DNA from: an uncultured cyanobacterium
GTDB taxonomy: Bacteria; Cyanobacteriota; Cyanobacteriia; Cyanobacteriales; CAWUOF01
Direction: 5' to 3'
Length of the DNA: 64,000 bases
Assembly: GCA_963744145.1 (NCBI GenBank)
Contig: CAVUSO010000001.1
Span: forward strand, 896,001-960,000
The notes under the pieces are model-generated. The model made no database searches. It was not told the DNA's origin and was given only the letters and a program-made list of their open reading frames with translations. The position numbers and the translations under genes are program-made. The stretch's first letter is position 1. Each line of letters begins with the position of its first letter. Shown here piece by piece: positions 62,492 through 64,000 of the stretch.

Positions 62492-64000
62492 TTAGGTGAA
62501 AGGGGTTATTTTACTAGCGATCGGCATTCTCCAACCAGTACCGAAAGCACGATCTGTAACTTTTAATCCTGGTGGGGCTTGTCTACGTTTAAATTCGGCT
62601 TTAGTGACCATTTGGATGACTCGTTCTACAATGGTTTTTTGGTGTCCTGCGGCTATAATTTCACCAGGAGATTGATGTTCATGGATGAGTCGATGGAGGA
62701 TATCATCTAAGATATCATAAGGTGGTAAAGAATCTTGATCAATTTGACCTGGTTTGAGTTCAGCACTGGGTGCTTTAGTCAGAATATGGTGAGGAATTGG
62801 GTTGTCGGGATTGGGGATTGCTTCTGTGAATTGCTGCGATCGCCAGCTAATATTGAGCCAGTGACAGATTGAGTATACTCGAGTTTTGGGGAGATCAGCG
62901 ATCGCGGCTAATCCTCCATTCATATCTCCATAAAGGGTACAATATCCCACGGCTATTTCTGATTTGTTACCAGTGGATAGTAATAAATGACCGAATTTAT
63001 TTGCGATCGCCATTAATAAATTACCACGAATTCGGGATTGGAGATTTTCTTCAGCAATTCCGAAGGATGTACCCTTAAATAAATCAGCTAAGGTGCGATC
63101 ATATTCTGTCATTAAATCGCCAATCGGCAAAATAGTTGTCTTAATTCCGAGATTTTTGGCTAATTCTAAGGCATCATTAATAGAGTGATCAGAACTATAG
63201 GGTGATGGCATTCAGGACCCCAAGGACATTTTCTGCACCAATTGCTACCGTTGCGATCGCTGCTACTAAAGCTGAATCTACCCCACCACTTAACCCAATT
63301 ACTACTTTCTGAAATCGACATTTTCCCACATAATCCCTGACACCTAATACTAAAGCTGCCCAAATTTCTGCATCGGCTGATTCTGGGAGAGAATTGATTA
63401 AACTCGGGATTAAATTTTGGCGATTTTCTGCATATTCTAAACTGATAAAATCCGACTCAAAAGCTTTAGCTCGACCGACAATTTGACCAGTGCGATCGCA
63501 AGCAAAACTATTCCCATCAAAAATGAGATCATCATTACCACCAACTTGATTGACATAAATGATTGGTTGGTGGTAATGTCGGGTACTATTACGTAACATA
63601 GCTTCCCGAACTTGTTGTTTACCAACAGTATAAGGAGAAGCGGAAATATTCACAATTAGATCAACATTTTGTTTAGCTAAATCAGCTAAAGGATCAGCTC
63701 GATAACTCCGTTTCCCCCAAAAATCGACATTGTTCCATAAATCTTCACAGATAGTAACACCAATTTTCATTGGCGATCGCGACTCGCTCTTGACTAAATT
63801 TTCTAATTCTTCCCCAGGTTCATCAAGAGTAAAAAAACTACTTTCCTGACCGGGTTCAAAATAGCGATCTTCATCAAAAACATCATAAGTCGGTAATAAA
63901 CGCTTATAAAAAAATTGCCGAATTTGTTGATTTTCTAATAAAGCAGCACTATTAAATAAAGGTTTCCCACCTTCTATCCCAGCTTGAGGATTAGGTTTAA
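62492..64000 (-). CDS. nadE: Glutamine-dependent NAD+ synthetase, 5'-partial, with a +1 frameshift near 63211
   Basis: KRLLPTYDVFDEDRYF, ICEDLW, GLSGGVDS, ENLQSRIRG, TGNKSE, PSAEL; CTGAATGCCA has one extra A before MPSPYSS. Confidence 0.93.

Overview
Cyanobacterial chromosomal segment: AT-rich, dense in HIP1 GCGATCGC, and carrying ntcA-fabI-hisB, thiC with its TPP riboswitch, gshB-grxC, hflX, purN and nadE. The first 13 kb are accessory. They hold the 3' end of a ThDP-enzyme / FabH-like / Coq4-like secondary-metabolite cluster resembling furanolide cybEF, with an internal partial duplication, followed by a compositionally mosaic filamentous-haemagglutinin-family gene. After that comes a 6-kb head-to-tail array of five intact and one truncated Rpn (PD-(D/E)XK, YhgA-like) nuclease genes, ending against a convergent DUF6516 toxin-antitoxin pair. 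The five intact Rpn copies differ mainly in a 12-bp in-frame VNTR. Each carries its own promoter and a strong internal AGGAG-ATG start that would make a small C-terminal protein containing the VNTR. This array is the strongest candidate for an unusual system. The rest of the window includes a stand-alone C-A(Gly)-T-TE NRPS with a nearby PPTase, a knotless phytochrome kinase with an altered tongue motif, an M48 pseudo-peptidase, several MITE and REP families, and four small insertion frameshifts that are probably sequence errors. All family assignments come from motif recognition; no database searches were run.
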